Positions 36,559 through 48,116 of a DNA stretch of 48,336 nt are shown piece after piece (within the stretch, counting starts at the first letter, position 1; each line of letters opens with the position of its first letter). Source of the stretch: a virus (Duplodnaviria; Heunggongvirae; Uroviricota; Caudoviricetes); IMG/VR virus record IMGVR_UViG_2874968258_000013. One strand, written 5' to 3'. Below the pieces are notes generated by a model. The model saw only the letters and a list, made by a program, of their open reading frames with translations, was not told where the DNA came from and searched no databases. The position numbers were made by a program, and so were the translations under genes.

Positions 36559-37641
36559 ATGAAAAAATTAACAGTGGCAATTTCTGCTGTAGCTGCATCA
36601 GTACTGATGGCGATGTCTGCTCAGGCAGCTGAAATTTATAATAAAGACAGTAACAAGCTGGATCTGTACGGGAAAGTTAATGCTAAGCACTACTTCTCCT
36701 CTAATGATGCAGATGATGGTGATACTACTTATGCCCGTCTTGGCTTCAAAGGTGAAACCCAAATCAACGATCAACTGACTGGTTTCGGTCAGTGGGAATA
36801 TGAATTCAAAGGCAACCGCGCTGAATCTCAAGGTTCCTCCAAAGATAAAACCCGTCTTGCCTTCGCTGGCCTGAAATTCGGTGACTACGGCTCCATCGAT
36901 TACGGCCGTAACTACGGTGTAGCATACGACATCGGTGCGTGGACTGACGTCCTGCCAGAATTCGGTGGTGACACTTGGACTCAAACAGATGTGTTCATGA
37001 CTGGTCGCACCACTGGTGTTGCAACTTATCGTAACAACGACTTCTTTGGTCTGGTTGATGGTCTGAACTTTGCTGCTCAGTATCAGGGTAAAAATGACCG
37101 CACTGACGTAACTGAAGCTAATGGTGATGGTTTCGGTTTCTCCACTACTTATGAGTATGAAGGATTCGGTGTAGGTGCAACCTATGCTAAATCTGACCGC
37201 ACTAATAATCAGGTTATCTACGGTAACAACAGCCTGAATGCATCTGGTCAAAATGCTGAAGTATGGGCAGCTGGTCTGAAATATGATGCGAACAACATCT
37301 ATCTGGCTACCACCTATTCTGAAACCCAGAACATGACTGTTTTTGGTAATAACCATATTGCCAACAAAGCACAAAACTTCGAAGTAGTTGCACAATATCA
37401 GTTCGACTTCGGTCTGCGTCCGTCCGTTGCTTACCTGCAATCTAAAGGAAAAGACTTGGGTGCGTGGGGTGATCAGGACCTGGTTGAATATATTGATGTA
37501 GGTGCAACCTATTACTTCAACAAAAATATGTCCACTTTTGTTGATTACAAAATCAACCTGATTGATAAGAGCGATTTCACGAAAGCATCTGGCGTTGCTA
37601 CCGATGATATCGTTGCTGTAGGTATGGTTTACCAGTTCTAA
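36559..37641 (+). CDS. nmpC: prophage-encoded general porin (NmpC/Lc-like, OmpC family)
   Basis: 360 aa from [23 protein letters not shown]; 16-strand porin signature ending ...VAVGMVYQF; apparently intact coding frame. Confidence 0.88.
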   Translation: MKKLTVAISAVAASVLMAMSAQAAEIYNKDSNKLDLYGKVNAKHYFSSNDADDGDTTYARLGFKGETQINDQLTGFGQWEYEFKGNRAESQGSSKDKTRLAFAGLKFGDYGSIDYGRNYGVAYDIGAWTDVLPEFGGDTWTQTDVFMTGRTTGVATYRNNDFFGLVDGLNFAAQYQGKNDRTDVTEANGDGFGFSTTYEYEGFGVGATYAKSDRTNNQVIYGNNSLNASGQNAEVWAAGLKYDANNIYLATTYSETQNMTVFGNNHIANKAQNFEVVAQYQFDFGLRPSVAYLQSKGKDLGAWGDQDLVEYIDVGATYYFNKNMSTFVDYKINLIDKSDFTKASGVATDDIVAVGMVYQF

Positions 37642-37770
37642 TTTGATTACTAAAAGATATGTTGCGGGAGGCTTTGCCTCCCCAACATATAAGTGGCTCC
37701 CTCAAGCCACTTCCTTTAGGAGCACAACCTTGCTTCTAACTATATAAACCTTCTGTTATATATTACCCTT

Positions 37771-37803
37771 TATTTTTGGGGGCGTTGCAACGCCCCATTT
37801 TTA
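37771..37803. terminator. bidirectional rho-independent terminator between convergent nmpC and Q
   Basis: TTTTT-GGGGCGTTGCAACGCCCC-ATTTTT palindrome. Confidence 0.65.
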
Positions 37804-37829
37804 ATAATTTTTAGTAAACAATTGGCATA

Positions 37830-38213
37830 TTAATTAGAGTTATTAACAACGATATCCATCTCTAACCGGATATCTAATGCCATTAACATCCCTTCAATTA
37901 TGCCCTCAGCCTTCTGTAACCTTTTCCCGATATAACCATCAGAGCAGCAATGCTTACCTGCCAGTGACATGAATGTCATACCGACTACATAATAATCTAC
38001 TAATAAATCGTGCAAATCGCTGTTGTTCTTTTTCAGACGGGCCATGTACCCGCAAATAATCATCGCGTCATCGTCACAACATTGCGGGCGAGATTTTACT
38101 TTTGAAGTAATTAATCCCTTAAAACCGGCGGCAATGGACGACCAGGTCACATCTTCATGATTATTAGCCGCCCACGCTCCCCAACGCTCAAGAACCATCT
38201 GAATATCACGCAT
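37830..38213 (-). CDS. quuD: late gene antiterminator Q (DLP12 QuuD-like)
   Basis: 127 aa from [24 protein letters not shown]... Confidence 0.85.
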   Translation of the reverse strand: MRDIQMVLERWGAWAANNHEDVTWSSIAAGFKGLITSKVKSRPQCCDDDAMIICGYMARLKKNNSDLHDLLVDYYVVGMTFMSLAGKHCCSDGYIGKRLQKAEGIIEGMLMALDIRLEMDIVVNNSN

Positions 38214-38298
38214 CAACTTACTCCACAAAAATCAGACCAGAACGCCAATTACAAGCAAAAATCAACAAAACAGTATTAGTTGATTGTTATCTCTGACT

Positions 38299-38439
38299 TC
38301 ATACTCCTGCTCCTGTCAGGGTTTTGGCGTAATTCTTCAGTATTCGGTAATCGGTCAAAACAGAACCGGGGAAACGATATAAGCGCAGATGCCCCCAGCG
38401 GTGGCGAAGAAGTTCTGCCATATAAAACTCAAACATCAT
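38299..38439 (-). CDS. ylcG: small protein YlcG
   Basis: 46-aa [49 protein letters not shown] translated by hand; below ORF-track size cutoff. Confidence 0.7.
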   Translation of the reverse strand: MMFEFYMAELLRHRWGHLRLYRFPGSVLTDYRILKNYAKTLTGAGV

Positions 38440-38798
38440 TCATTCCCCATTTCGGTGATGGTCAGTTCCAGCCTCCCACCTTTGGTAACAGGCATCTTCA
38501 CAACGCGGTAATCAACGACCTGAGCATCATCCAGCCAGAAACCTGCTTTGGTGAGTGCGTCAAAAGCGGCTTTTTGCAGATTATCCAGGTCACGGCGACG
38601 GCGATCCGGCATGTGGCACTCAATACGGATTTTCACTGGCATAGCCAGGCCGATATCCAGCATTGCGTTTTTAATGATTCGGGTGACGTTATCGCGGTAT
38701 GCCTGCCCTTCTGCGCTGATGTGTGTGCGCCCGCGATTATGGCGGTAATAGCGGTTATTGCTCGGAGGCCAGGGTAATGTGATGCTGTAGGTATTCAC
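38436..38798 (-). CDS. rusA: Holliday junction resolvase RusA
   Basis: 120 aa, recalled RusA sequence. Confidence 0.88.
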   Translation of the reverse strand: MNTYSITLPWPPSNNRYYRHNRGRTHISAEGQAYRDNVTRIIKNAMLDIGLAMPVKIRIECHMPDRRRRDLDNLQKAAFDALTKAGFWLDDAQVVDYRVVKMPVTKGGRLELTITEMGNE

Positions 38799-39085
38799 GC
38801 CTTAATAACCCCCTCTTTCAGCCAGATAACCTGCGTTCTCGCCATACCTTCCAGCGCGCATTCTTTTGCATACTCAGCATCGACAAAATATGTGCGGCGG
38901 TCGATTTCGTCGTGACAGGCAGAACATGCAATGGTGGCAATCAGGTCTGGCGGTTTGATACCGGTACCGCACAATCCAGCCAGCCGGATATGTGCCAGTA
39001 CTGACGTTTCAGGATTGCCATTACATACGCCAGGGATTCTTACCTGGCATTCCCGACCACGCGCTGCTTTTCTCAAATCAGCCAT
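38795..39085 (-). CDS. ybcO: YbcO (DUF1364) putative nuclease
   Basis: 96 aa from [20 protein letters not shown]; Cys-rich. Confidence 0.8.
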   Translation of the reverse strand: MADLRKAARGRECQVRIPGVCNGNPETSVLAHIRLAGLCGTGIKPPDLIATIACSACHDEIDRRTYFVDAEYAKECALEGMARTQVIWLKEGVIKA

Positions 39086-39248
39086 GATTCCTCCTTGCTG
39101 CCAGTCGCAACCATTTTTTATCAACCAGGCTAGCGGTATATCCGAGCAGTGTTGGTATTTCGGATGGCTTCAGCTCAGGCTTACGCTTACGACGATTTGA
39201 TACTCTGTAGATGTGCCCGTTCATGACACGAATAAGCGGTGTAGCCAT
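39078..39248 (-). CDS. ninE: NinE
   Basis: 56-aa [59 protein letters not shown] translated by hand; TAATG overlap with ybcN stop. Confidence 0.75.
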   Translation of the reverse strand: MATPLIRVMNGHIYRVSNRRKRKPELKPSEIPTLLGYTASLVDKKWLRLAARRNHG

Positions 39249-39703
39249 TACGCCTCCTGCTTATCGCGCAGCTGCTGGTATTCACAGCTCTGCGGAATTG
39301 TCAGGTGGCAGCCGATATTCATCGCCCAGGCTTCGACTTTGCACAGGAAGATGTACATCTCGCCGGTTTCCAGCTCTGACGTATGGCGGAGGGATTGGAC
39401 GGTGGTGACCTCGCCGGACACGACATCTACACGGTCTTTGCTTTCGTAGCCGAGATAGGTGTGCTTCATCGCGTCTTTGACCCACTCAGGCGTAGCGAAG
39501 GTCTTGCCGCGGGCGATGAGATATTCGCTGATCTCCGTGTACCACATGTGGCTGAGCGCGTTCTGCGACAGGCTGCGCTTCTCGCGCCACGGCTTAACCT
39601 GCAGGCGTAAGCATTGCCCGGCATCCAGCAATGGCTGAATCTGCTGGCCGATGGCCGCGAAGTTACCGCGATGGAGTTTGATGCCGTCTACTGGCAGAGT
39701 CAT
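39248..39703 (-). CDS. ybcN: YbcN (DLP12-type nin-region protein)
   Basis: 151 aa, recalled YbcN sequence. Confidence 0.82.
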   Translation of the reverse strand: MTLPVDGIKLHRGNFAAIGQQIQPLLDAGQCLRLQVKPWREKRSLSQNALSHMWYTEISEYLIARGKTFATPEWVKDAMKHTYLGYESKDRVDVVSGEVTTVQSLRHTSELETGEMYIFLCKVEAWAMNIGCHLTIPQSCEYQQLRDKQEA

Positions 39704-39967
39704 ACGGCCTCCCTAACGGAAACCGCAGAATGCAGAAAATCGCAGGTGCATTTCTGCATCTGTGACAAGGTGATGAGTTCAGATTGTGGTCGCATTTAAG
39801 TCCCCTTAAATGCGCAGAAGTCACCGGAGTTGTTCAGGCTCCGATGAGAGGATTATGGCGGATTGATTACGATAAATCAAAACTATCTTGAAGCCAAAAC
39901 AGTGATCTTCGCTTTAAAAACCTTGTATACTTTCACCTAATCACAGCCAGAACTATGGATCTAACCA

Positions 39968-40345
39968 ATGACCAACAAAGAAAACAAAGATAAATATATT
40001 AACAAGTTCAAGAAAGAGCTTTCAAAATATATACAACCAACTGCTGGAGTGGACATTCAATTATTTAACTCTAAGGATGGTGGTGGTGTAATTAAAGCCA
40101 CTTTGAATAGAAGTGGAAAAAGAAAATCATCTATTGCTGGTAATTTTACTAAATTAGGTGAGGCAATTACCTCGAGTGGGCAGAGGGTTTTTGGTGGTGA
40201 TCTATCAAATGTGAATTTTTACGGAACAAATACGATTTTTGATGGAGATACAATATTTTTAATTAAATCACCTGATTCAGAGGAGTGGTCATCACAAAAA
40301 GCTTCCAAAGACGTAGAGGGCATCGTATTTGGAGGGAAAAAATGA
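39968..40345 (+). CDS. hypothetical soluble protein (125 aa, Gly/Lys-rich), first gene of a low-GC two-gene cassette
   Basis: AT-rich ORF with no recognisable family; stop overlaps next start (ATGA). Confidence 0.55.
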   Translation: MTNKENKDKYINKFKKELSKYIQPTAGVDIQLFNSKDGGGVIKATLNRSGKRKSSIAGNFTKLGEAITSSGQRVFGGDLSNVNFYGTNTIFDGDTIFLIKSPDSEEWSSQKASKDVEGIVFGGKK

Positions 40346-40770
40346 TTAACATTACTACTAAGGATGGCACTCAAGTCAGTGGTGAAGTAAGAGATCTAGT
40401 AATTCTTCTTGAAACTGATGGAAAAACGGTGTCTGATTATTTGCAGCCAATCCCTCCCAAAAAAGATACACACTGGAGCATGATTTTCATTCCGGTAGCA
40501 ATTTATATACTACTTAATCTTGTATACATTATTGCTCACCCATTATTTCCTGAAAAATATCTAAAAACATCAACATCTATATTTCTATTCATTTCCTTCA
40601 TATTAAGTGCAATAGTAGCATATTTTGTTTTCCATAAGCATAAATCTGCCACTCTATCCATATGCAGCTTAGTGTTCTTAGTGTTAATTGTAGGTGCTAA
40701 CGTAGGGTTTATCAGTTACAGCGACCTAACACAAAAAGCGACGCAAAAATTAGATAGTTTGTCTAAATAA
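40342..40770 (+). CDS. hypothetical small membrane protein (142 aa, soluble N-terminal 45 aa plus 3 predicted TM helices)
   Basis: hydrophobic stretches WSMIFIPVAIYILLNLVYII, SIFLFISFILSAIVAYFVF, LSICSLVFLVLIVGANVGFI; followed by hairpin 40778-40798. Confidence 0.55.
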   Translation: MINITTKDGTQVSGEVRDLVILLETDGKTVSDYLQPIPPKKDTHWSMIFIPVAIYILLNLVYIIAHPLFPEKYLKTSTSIFLFISFILSAIVAYFVFHKHKSATLSICSLVFLVLIVGANVGFISYSDLTQKATQKLDSLSK

Positions 40771-40932
40771 TTATGTTGCCATGCGAAGTATGCATGGCTG
40801 CATGTCTGCCTTCCATTTAAAATGGGCTAAGACCTATAACCCTAAATATTATTCTTTATTATCTTCTTTACCACTTCGGTGATGCTGCCAACTTACTGAT
40901 TTAGTGTATGATGGTGTTTTTGAGGTGCTCCA

Positions 40933-41108
40933 GTGGCTTCTGTTTCTATCAGCTGTCCCTCCTGTTCAGCTACTGACGGGGTGGTGCGTAACGGCAAAAG
41001 CACTGCCGGACATCAGCGCTATCTCTGCTCTCACTGCCGTAAAACATGGCAACTGCAGTTCACTTACACCGCTTCTCAACCCGGTACGCACCAGAAAATC
41101 ATTGATAT
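40933..41108 (+). pseudogene. insA: IS1 insA truncated by IS21 insertion
   Basis: InsA frame diverges after ...QKIID at the IS21 junction. Confidence 0.85.
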
Positions 41109-41209
41109 TGTCAGCGCCAGTGATATAAGACGGTAATTCGCCATTTGGATTGTCCGCTCCACCCAACATGTTGTTTCCTTAAGGTTCTCACACCAGAAAG
41201 GACATCAAC

Positions 41210-43179
<1,970 letters not shown>

Positions 43180-43260
43180 CGAAAGTATTTAGCGGGCATG
43201 AAAATGGCAAATAACGGTCAAACATCGTGGCGTTGACAATATGGCCATGAATGGCGTTGG

Positions 43261-43764
43261 ATGCCGGGCAACTGCACGCATTATGGGCGTTGGCCTCAAC
43301 ACGATTTTACGTCACTTAAAAAACTCAGGCCGCAGTCGGTAACCTCGCGCATACAGCCGGGCAGTGACGTCATCGTCTGCGCGGAAATGGACGAACAGTG
43401 GGGCTATGTCGGGGCTAAATCGCGCCAGCGCTGGCTGTTTTACGCGTATGACAGTCTCCGGAAGACGGTTGTTGCGCACGTATTCGGTGAACGCACTATG
43501 GCGACGCTGGGGCGTCTTATGAGCCTGCTGTCACCCTTTGACGTGGTGATATGGATGACGGATGGCTGGCCGCTGTATGAATCCCGCCTGAAGGGAAAGC
43601 TGCACGTAATCAGCAAGCGATATACGCAGCGAATTGAGCGGCATAACCTGAATCTGAGGCAGCACCTGACACGGCTGGGACGGAAGTCGCTGTCGTTCTC
43701 AAAATCGGTGGAGCTGCATGACAAAGTCATCGGGCATTATCTGAACATAAAACACTATCAATAA
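43261..43764 (+). CDS. insB: IS1 InsB (copy 3)
   Basis: 167-aa ORF in the right part of the split IS1. Confidence 0.85.
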   Translation: MPGNCTHYGRWPQHDFTSLKKLRPQSVTSRIQPGSDVIVCAEMDEQWGYVGAKSRQRWLFYAYDSLRKTVVAHVFGERTMATLGRLMSLLSPFDVVIWMTDGWPLYESRLKGKLHVISKRYTQRIERHNLNLRQHLTRLGRKSLSFSKSVELHDKVIGHYLNIKHYQ

Positions 43765-43779
43765 GTTGGAGTCATTACC

Positions 43780-43841
43780 CGCTTGCAGTAACGGCGAAAG
43801 GGGCAATGACAGCGCTGCCATGTCGACAAGAACTGGAATAG
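43780..43841 (+). pseudogene. cscK: 3' terminal fragment of fructokinase gene cscK
   Basis: frame (A)LAVTAKGAMTALPCRQELE-stop begins at the IS1 junction; continues the cscK fragment at 48117-48336. Confidence 0.7.
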
Positions 43842-43912
43842 TGAGAAGTAAACGGCGAAGTCGCTCTTATCTCTAAATAGGACGTGAATTTTTTAACGAC
43901 AGGTAGGTAATT

Positions 43913-45160
43913 ATGGCACTGAATATTCCATTCAGAAATGCGTACTATCGTTTTGCATCCAGTTACTCATTTCTCTTTTTTATTTCCTGGTCGCTGTGGT
44001 GGTCGTTATACGCTATTTGGCTGAAAGGACATCTAGGGTTGACAGGGACGGAATTAGGTACACTTTATTCGGTCAACCAGTTTACCAACATTCTATTTAT
44101 GATGTTCTACGGCATCGTTCAGGATAAACTCGGTCTGAAGAAACCGCTCATCTGGTGTATGAGTTTCATCCTGGTCTTGACCGGACCGTTTATGATTTAA
44201 GTTTATGAACCGTTACTGCAAAGCAATTTTTCTGTAGGTCTAATTCTGGGAGCGCTCTTTTTTGGCCTGGGGTATCTGGCGGGATGCGGTTTGCTTGACA
44301 GCTTCACCGAAAAAATGGCGCGAAATTTTCATTTCGAATATGGAACAGCGCGCGCCTGGGGATCTTTTGGCTATGCTATTGGCGCGTTCTTTGCCGGCAT
44401 ATTTTTTAGTATCAGTCCCCATATCAACTTCTGGTTGGTCTCGCTATTTGGCGCTGTATTTATGATGATCAACATGTGTTTTAAAGATAAGGATCACCAG
44501 TGCGTAGCGGCGGATGCGGGAGGGGTAAAAAAAGAGGATTTTATCGCAGTTTTCAAGGATCGAAACTTCTGGGTTTTCGTCATATTTATTGTGGGGACGT
44601 GGTCTTTCTATAACATTTTTGATCAACAACTTTTTCCTGTCTTTTATGCAGGTTTATTCGAATCACACGATGTAGGAACGCGCCTGTATGGTTATCTCAA
44701 CTCATTCCAGGTGGTACTCGAAGCGCTATGCATGGCGATTATTCCTTTCTTTGTGAATCGGGTAGGGCCAAAAAATGCATTACTTATCGGTGTTGTGATT
44801 ATGGCGTTGCGTATCCTTTCCTGCGCGCTGTTCGTTAACCCCTGGATTATTTCATTAGTGAAGCTGTTACATGCCATTGAGGTTCCACTTTGTGTCATAT
44901 CCGTCTTCAAATACAGCGTGGCAAATTTTGATAAGCGCCTGTCGTCGACGATCTTTCTGATTGGTTTTCAAATTGCCAGTTCGCTTGGGATTGTGCTGCT
45001 TTCAACGCCGACTGGGATACTCTTTGACCACACAGGCTACCAGACAGTTTTCTTCGCAATTTCGGGTATTGTCTGCCTAATGTTGCTATTTGGCATTTTC
45101 TTCCTGAGTAAAAAACGCGAGCAAATAGTTATGGAAACGCCTGTACCTTCAGCAATATAG
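43913..45160 (+). pseudogene. cscB: sucrose:H+ symporter CscB with in-frame premature stop (TAA at 44198-44200)
   Basis: two in-frame ORFs (43913-44200, 44291-45160) collinear with recalled CscB; ...LTGPFMI-stop-VYEPLLQ... Confidence 0.8.
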
Positions 45161-45600
45161 ACGTAAACTTTTCCGGTTGTTGTCGATATCTCCCTATCCC
45201 TCAACCGGAAAATAATAATACTAAAGTGCTTAGCCCGGCTAATAATCACCTAATCCAAACGCCTCATTCATGTTCTGGTACAGTCGCTCAAATGTACTTC
45301 AGATGCGCGGTTCGCTGATTTCCAGGACATTGTCGTCATTCAGCGACCTGTCCCGTGTATCACGGTCCTGCGAATTCATCAAGGAATGCATTGCGGAGTG
45401 AAGTATCGAGTCACGCCATATTTCGCTATCAGGATTCTGTGTGATGGTTACATCGCCCGGCCCAGGGCTGTTTAGTCATCAGCGCTTTCTGACAGTGCTG
45501 AGATTTCAACCTGTTGCAGTAAAAATGAGTAGATATAAGGCAAGTGTGCTGCCAAACCCATCTTTTACGGGGTGAAGGTAGATTTCGTTTGAAGGGTATC

Positions 45601-45615
45601 TGGTGTCCCCTGCAG
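45601..45615 (-). repeat. second copy of argW 3' end (att core, 15 bp CTGCAGGGGACACCA), inverted relative to argW
   Basis: exact 15-mer identity with 2635-2649 on the opposite strand. Confidence 0.75.
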
Positions 45616-45688
45616 ACATCTACTTGAGGCGGCAGGGGATTGATTGGAATGCTGTTTTTTAGATTTGAAAAATATTTTACCCGCTATT

Positions 45689-45889
45689 TTACCCATTGGC
45701 GCGGCTTAAGAGCTTATTTTTGAATTCACAATGGTCACGATATAACCATCTTGCTCGTCCGTGGATAACTTTGGCTTTAGGCAGGTCGCCGGACTTAATC
45801 CGGTCATAGATGAAGGTCTTACCGAAGCCAGTATCAGCCATGATGAATTTCAAATCAACCAGTGAATCAGGTTGTAGTTCGTGTTGCAT
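45689..45889 (-). CDS. AlpA-family phage/island transcriptional regulator (small HTH protein)
   Basis: 66 aa; LVDLKFIMADTGFGKTFIYDRIKSGDLPKAKVIHGRARWL resembles AlpA/Phage_AlpA motif. Confidence 0.65.
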   Translation of the reverse strand: MQHELQPDSLVDLKFIMADTGFGKTFIYDRIKSGDLPKAKVIHGRARWLYRDHCEFKNKLLSRANG

Positions 45890-46011
45890 GAGTGCTATCT
45901 CCGAATATGGAATCGAACCTGCAAATCAGGCAATAAAAAGCCGCATTGATGCAGCAATGGTAGGTCTGGATATCTTGAGAAATGAACAGGCCTCATCGAG
46001 TGTGAGGCGGG

Positions 46012-46356
46012 TTAGTCCTTGCGTAGCTCGCTGATTCTTCTGTAAGTCTCTGGTGCTTTGTTCCCGTACGTCTTCATTTCAGACTTCAACAGAGCAACGA
46101 GTGAATCCCATTCGTTGAGGATTCCTTTGAATGCCGGAACGCGCTTTGCAACCTTGTCGAATGAATCTCTGATTTCTGGAATCTGCTCAACAAGTGCAAC
46201 GCATCGCCGAAAGTCTGCTGCGTCATGGGGAGCGCCGAAGTGATGACCATAGATATTCTTTTTCAGGCCACATGCGATTGAGGCAAGAGTTGCGCTACTG
46301 ATGCCGACATCGCCAGTTGATTGCCATTTCAAAACCTTCATAGCCAAATCTGACAT
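46012..46356 (-). CDS. hypothetical protein (114 aa)
   Basis: ORF upstream of and co-oriented with the AlpA-like gene; no recognisable family. Confidence 0.45.
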   Translation of the reverse strand: MSDLAMKVLKWQSTGDVGISSATLASIACGLKKNIYGHHFGAPHDAADFRRCVALVEQIPEIRDSFDKVAKRVPAFKGILNEWDSLVALLKSEMKTYGNKAPETYRRISELRKD

Positions 46357-46597
46357 TTCTTGTCTCCATAAAACAAAACTCGCCGTAGCGAGCTCAGATA
46401 AAAGAAATCCCCGTCAGTGCGAGGATGCTGTTCATTGCTGCTATACACTTTTTTGCTCTCAACGTAAGCGGTAGCCCATTCTGTTGGGTTGGTCAGTTGC
46501 TTTTAGGAAATGCTCTTTACCCCTTAAACGTCGGCTGAAAGAGCTAAAATCCATGCAAAAAATTTACGCAATTTTGTGTATTATTGTGCAGTAAGTA

Positions 46598-47200
46598 ATG
46601 AGCTATTTTCTGTGCAAAAAATGGATGATAAATTTGTCCGGGGCAGGAAAAATTTTATGGGCGCTAAACATGAAAAAAGATTCGTATCCTTATTTGATTT
46701 GCATGACAGTTTCAGGGCTGATCTTTATTTTCCTTTTCTTCTGGTGGCGGGCAGATATCTACAGGGTCACGTTTCTTAATCAGAGTATATCCCACTATTA
46801 CATTCTGTTTAGCATGGGAATAGCTTTTCTGTTATCTCTGTTTTGGGTTAAGAAGGGGATAGTAAAACAAAGCGGCTGGAAGAGTCTGTCAGCATACCTT
46901 AAGGTTTATGCAGGGATATGCATATTTTCTGGATTTTTTCTGATTATACCCCTTACAACACTAACTTATTTTTTGCCTGGAGAGACATCGTCTTATGTTG
47001 CACCGTATCGGTATACTTCCGGTAGTTCAAAAAGTTGTTCTGGAGCTGAGGTGGATGACCCCGATCTACATGAGAATATTCGCATTTGCTATCCGTATGG
47101 CAATTATGAGTACGATAATATTATCTATGTTGAAAAGAAAATTAATACATTAGGTGCGGTAGTGACATATGCACAGACCGCGCGTGATGATACTGAATGA
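46598..47200 (+). CDS. hypothetical membrane protein (3 predicted TM helices plus about 75-aa C-terminal soluble region)
   Basis: AT-rich ORF; true start may be an internal Met (about 46670); divergent from the 114-aa gene. Confidence 0.45.
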   Translation: MSYFLCKKWMINLSGAGKILWALNMKKDSYPYLICMTVSGLIFIFLFFWWRADIYRVTFLNQSISHYYILFSMGIAFLLSLFWVKKGIVKQSGWKSLSAYLKVYAGICIFSGFFLIIPLTTLTYFLPGETSSYVAPYRYTSGSSKSCSGAEVDDPDLHENIRICYPYGNYEYDNIIYVEKKINTLGAVVTYAQTARDDTE

Positions 47201-47363
47201 GATAGTATATAGCGGGCAAGTTTTAGTTAATTTATCGAGGTAATATAATTTACCTCGACTCGTTTATTCTGGTATGAATATTTCGCTTTACGATCGATTT
47301 TTATCTGATGATATCATGCGGTTTTCATATACTGACTTACTGTCTTTTGGTAATGACTCCAAC

Positions 47364-47867
47364 TTATTGATAGTGTTTTATGTTCAGATAATGCCCGATG
47401 ACTTTGTCATGCAGCTCCACCGATTTTGAGAACGACAGCGACTTCCGTCCCAGCCGTGCCAGGTGCTGCCTCAGATTCAGGTTATGCCGCTCAATTCGCT
47501 GCGTATATCGCTTGCTGATTACGTGCAGCTTTCCCTTCAGGCGGGATTCATACAGCGGCCAGCCATCCGTCATCCATATCACCACGTCAAAGGGTGACAG
47601 CAGGCTCATAAGACGCCCCAGCGTCGCCATAGTGCGTTCACCGAATACGTGCGCAACAACCGTCTTCCGGAGACTGTCATACGCGTAAAACAGCCAGCGC
47701 TGGCGCGATTTAGCCCCGACATAGCCCCACTGTTCGTCCATTTCCGCGCAGACGATGACGTCACTGCCCGGCTGTATGCGCGAGGTTACCGACTGCGGCC
47801 TGAGTTTTTTAAGTGACGTAAAATCGTGTTGAGGCCAACGCCCATAATGCGTGCAGTTGCCCGGCAT
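47364..47867 (-). CDS. insB: IS1 InsB
   Basis: 167-aa ORF within IS1. Confidence 0.9.
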
Positions 47868-48061
47868 CCAACGCCATTCATGGCCATATCAATGATTTTC
47901 TGGTGCGTACCGGGTTGAGAAGCGGTGTAAGTGAACTGCAGTTGCCATGTTTTACGGCAGTGAGAGCAGAGATAGCGCTGATGTCCGGCAGTGCTTTTGC
48001 CGTTACGCACCACCCCGTCAGTAGCTGAACAGGAGGGACAGCTGATAGAAACAGAAGCCAC
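47786..48061 (-). CDS. insA: IS1 InsA
   Basis: 91-aa ORF within IS1. Confidence 0.92.
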
Positions 48062-48116
48062 TGGAGCACCTCAAAAACACCATCATACACTAAATCAGTA
48101 AGTTGGCAGCATCACC

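Larger units (their letters stand above)
47349..48116 (-). mobile_element. IS1 copy 4 (768 bp)
   Basis: IS1 termini read directly at 47349-47371 and 48094-48116. Confidence 0.93.

Noticed and set aside
45161-45690. Structured-looking intergenic region after cscB considered as a possible retron or ncRNA locus
   Set aside because: No reverse transcriptase or other partner gene nearby; the hairpins are adequately explained by a cscB-distal stem-loop and the att core copy.
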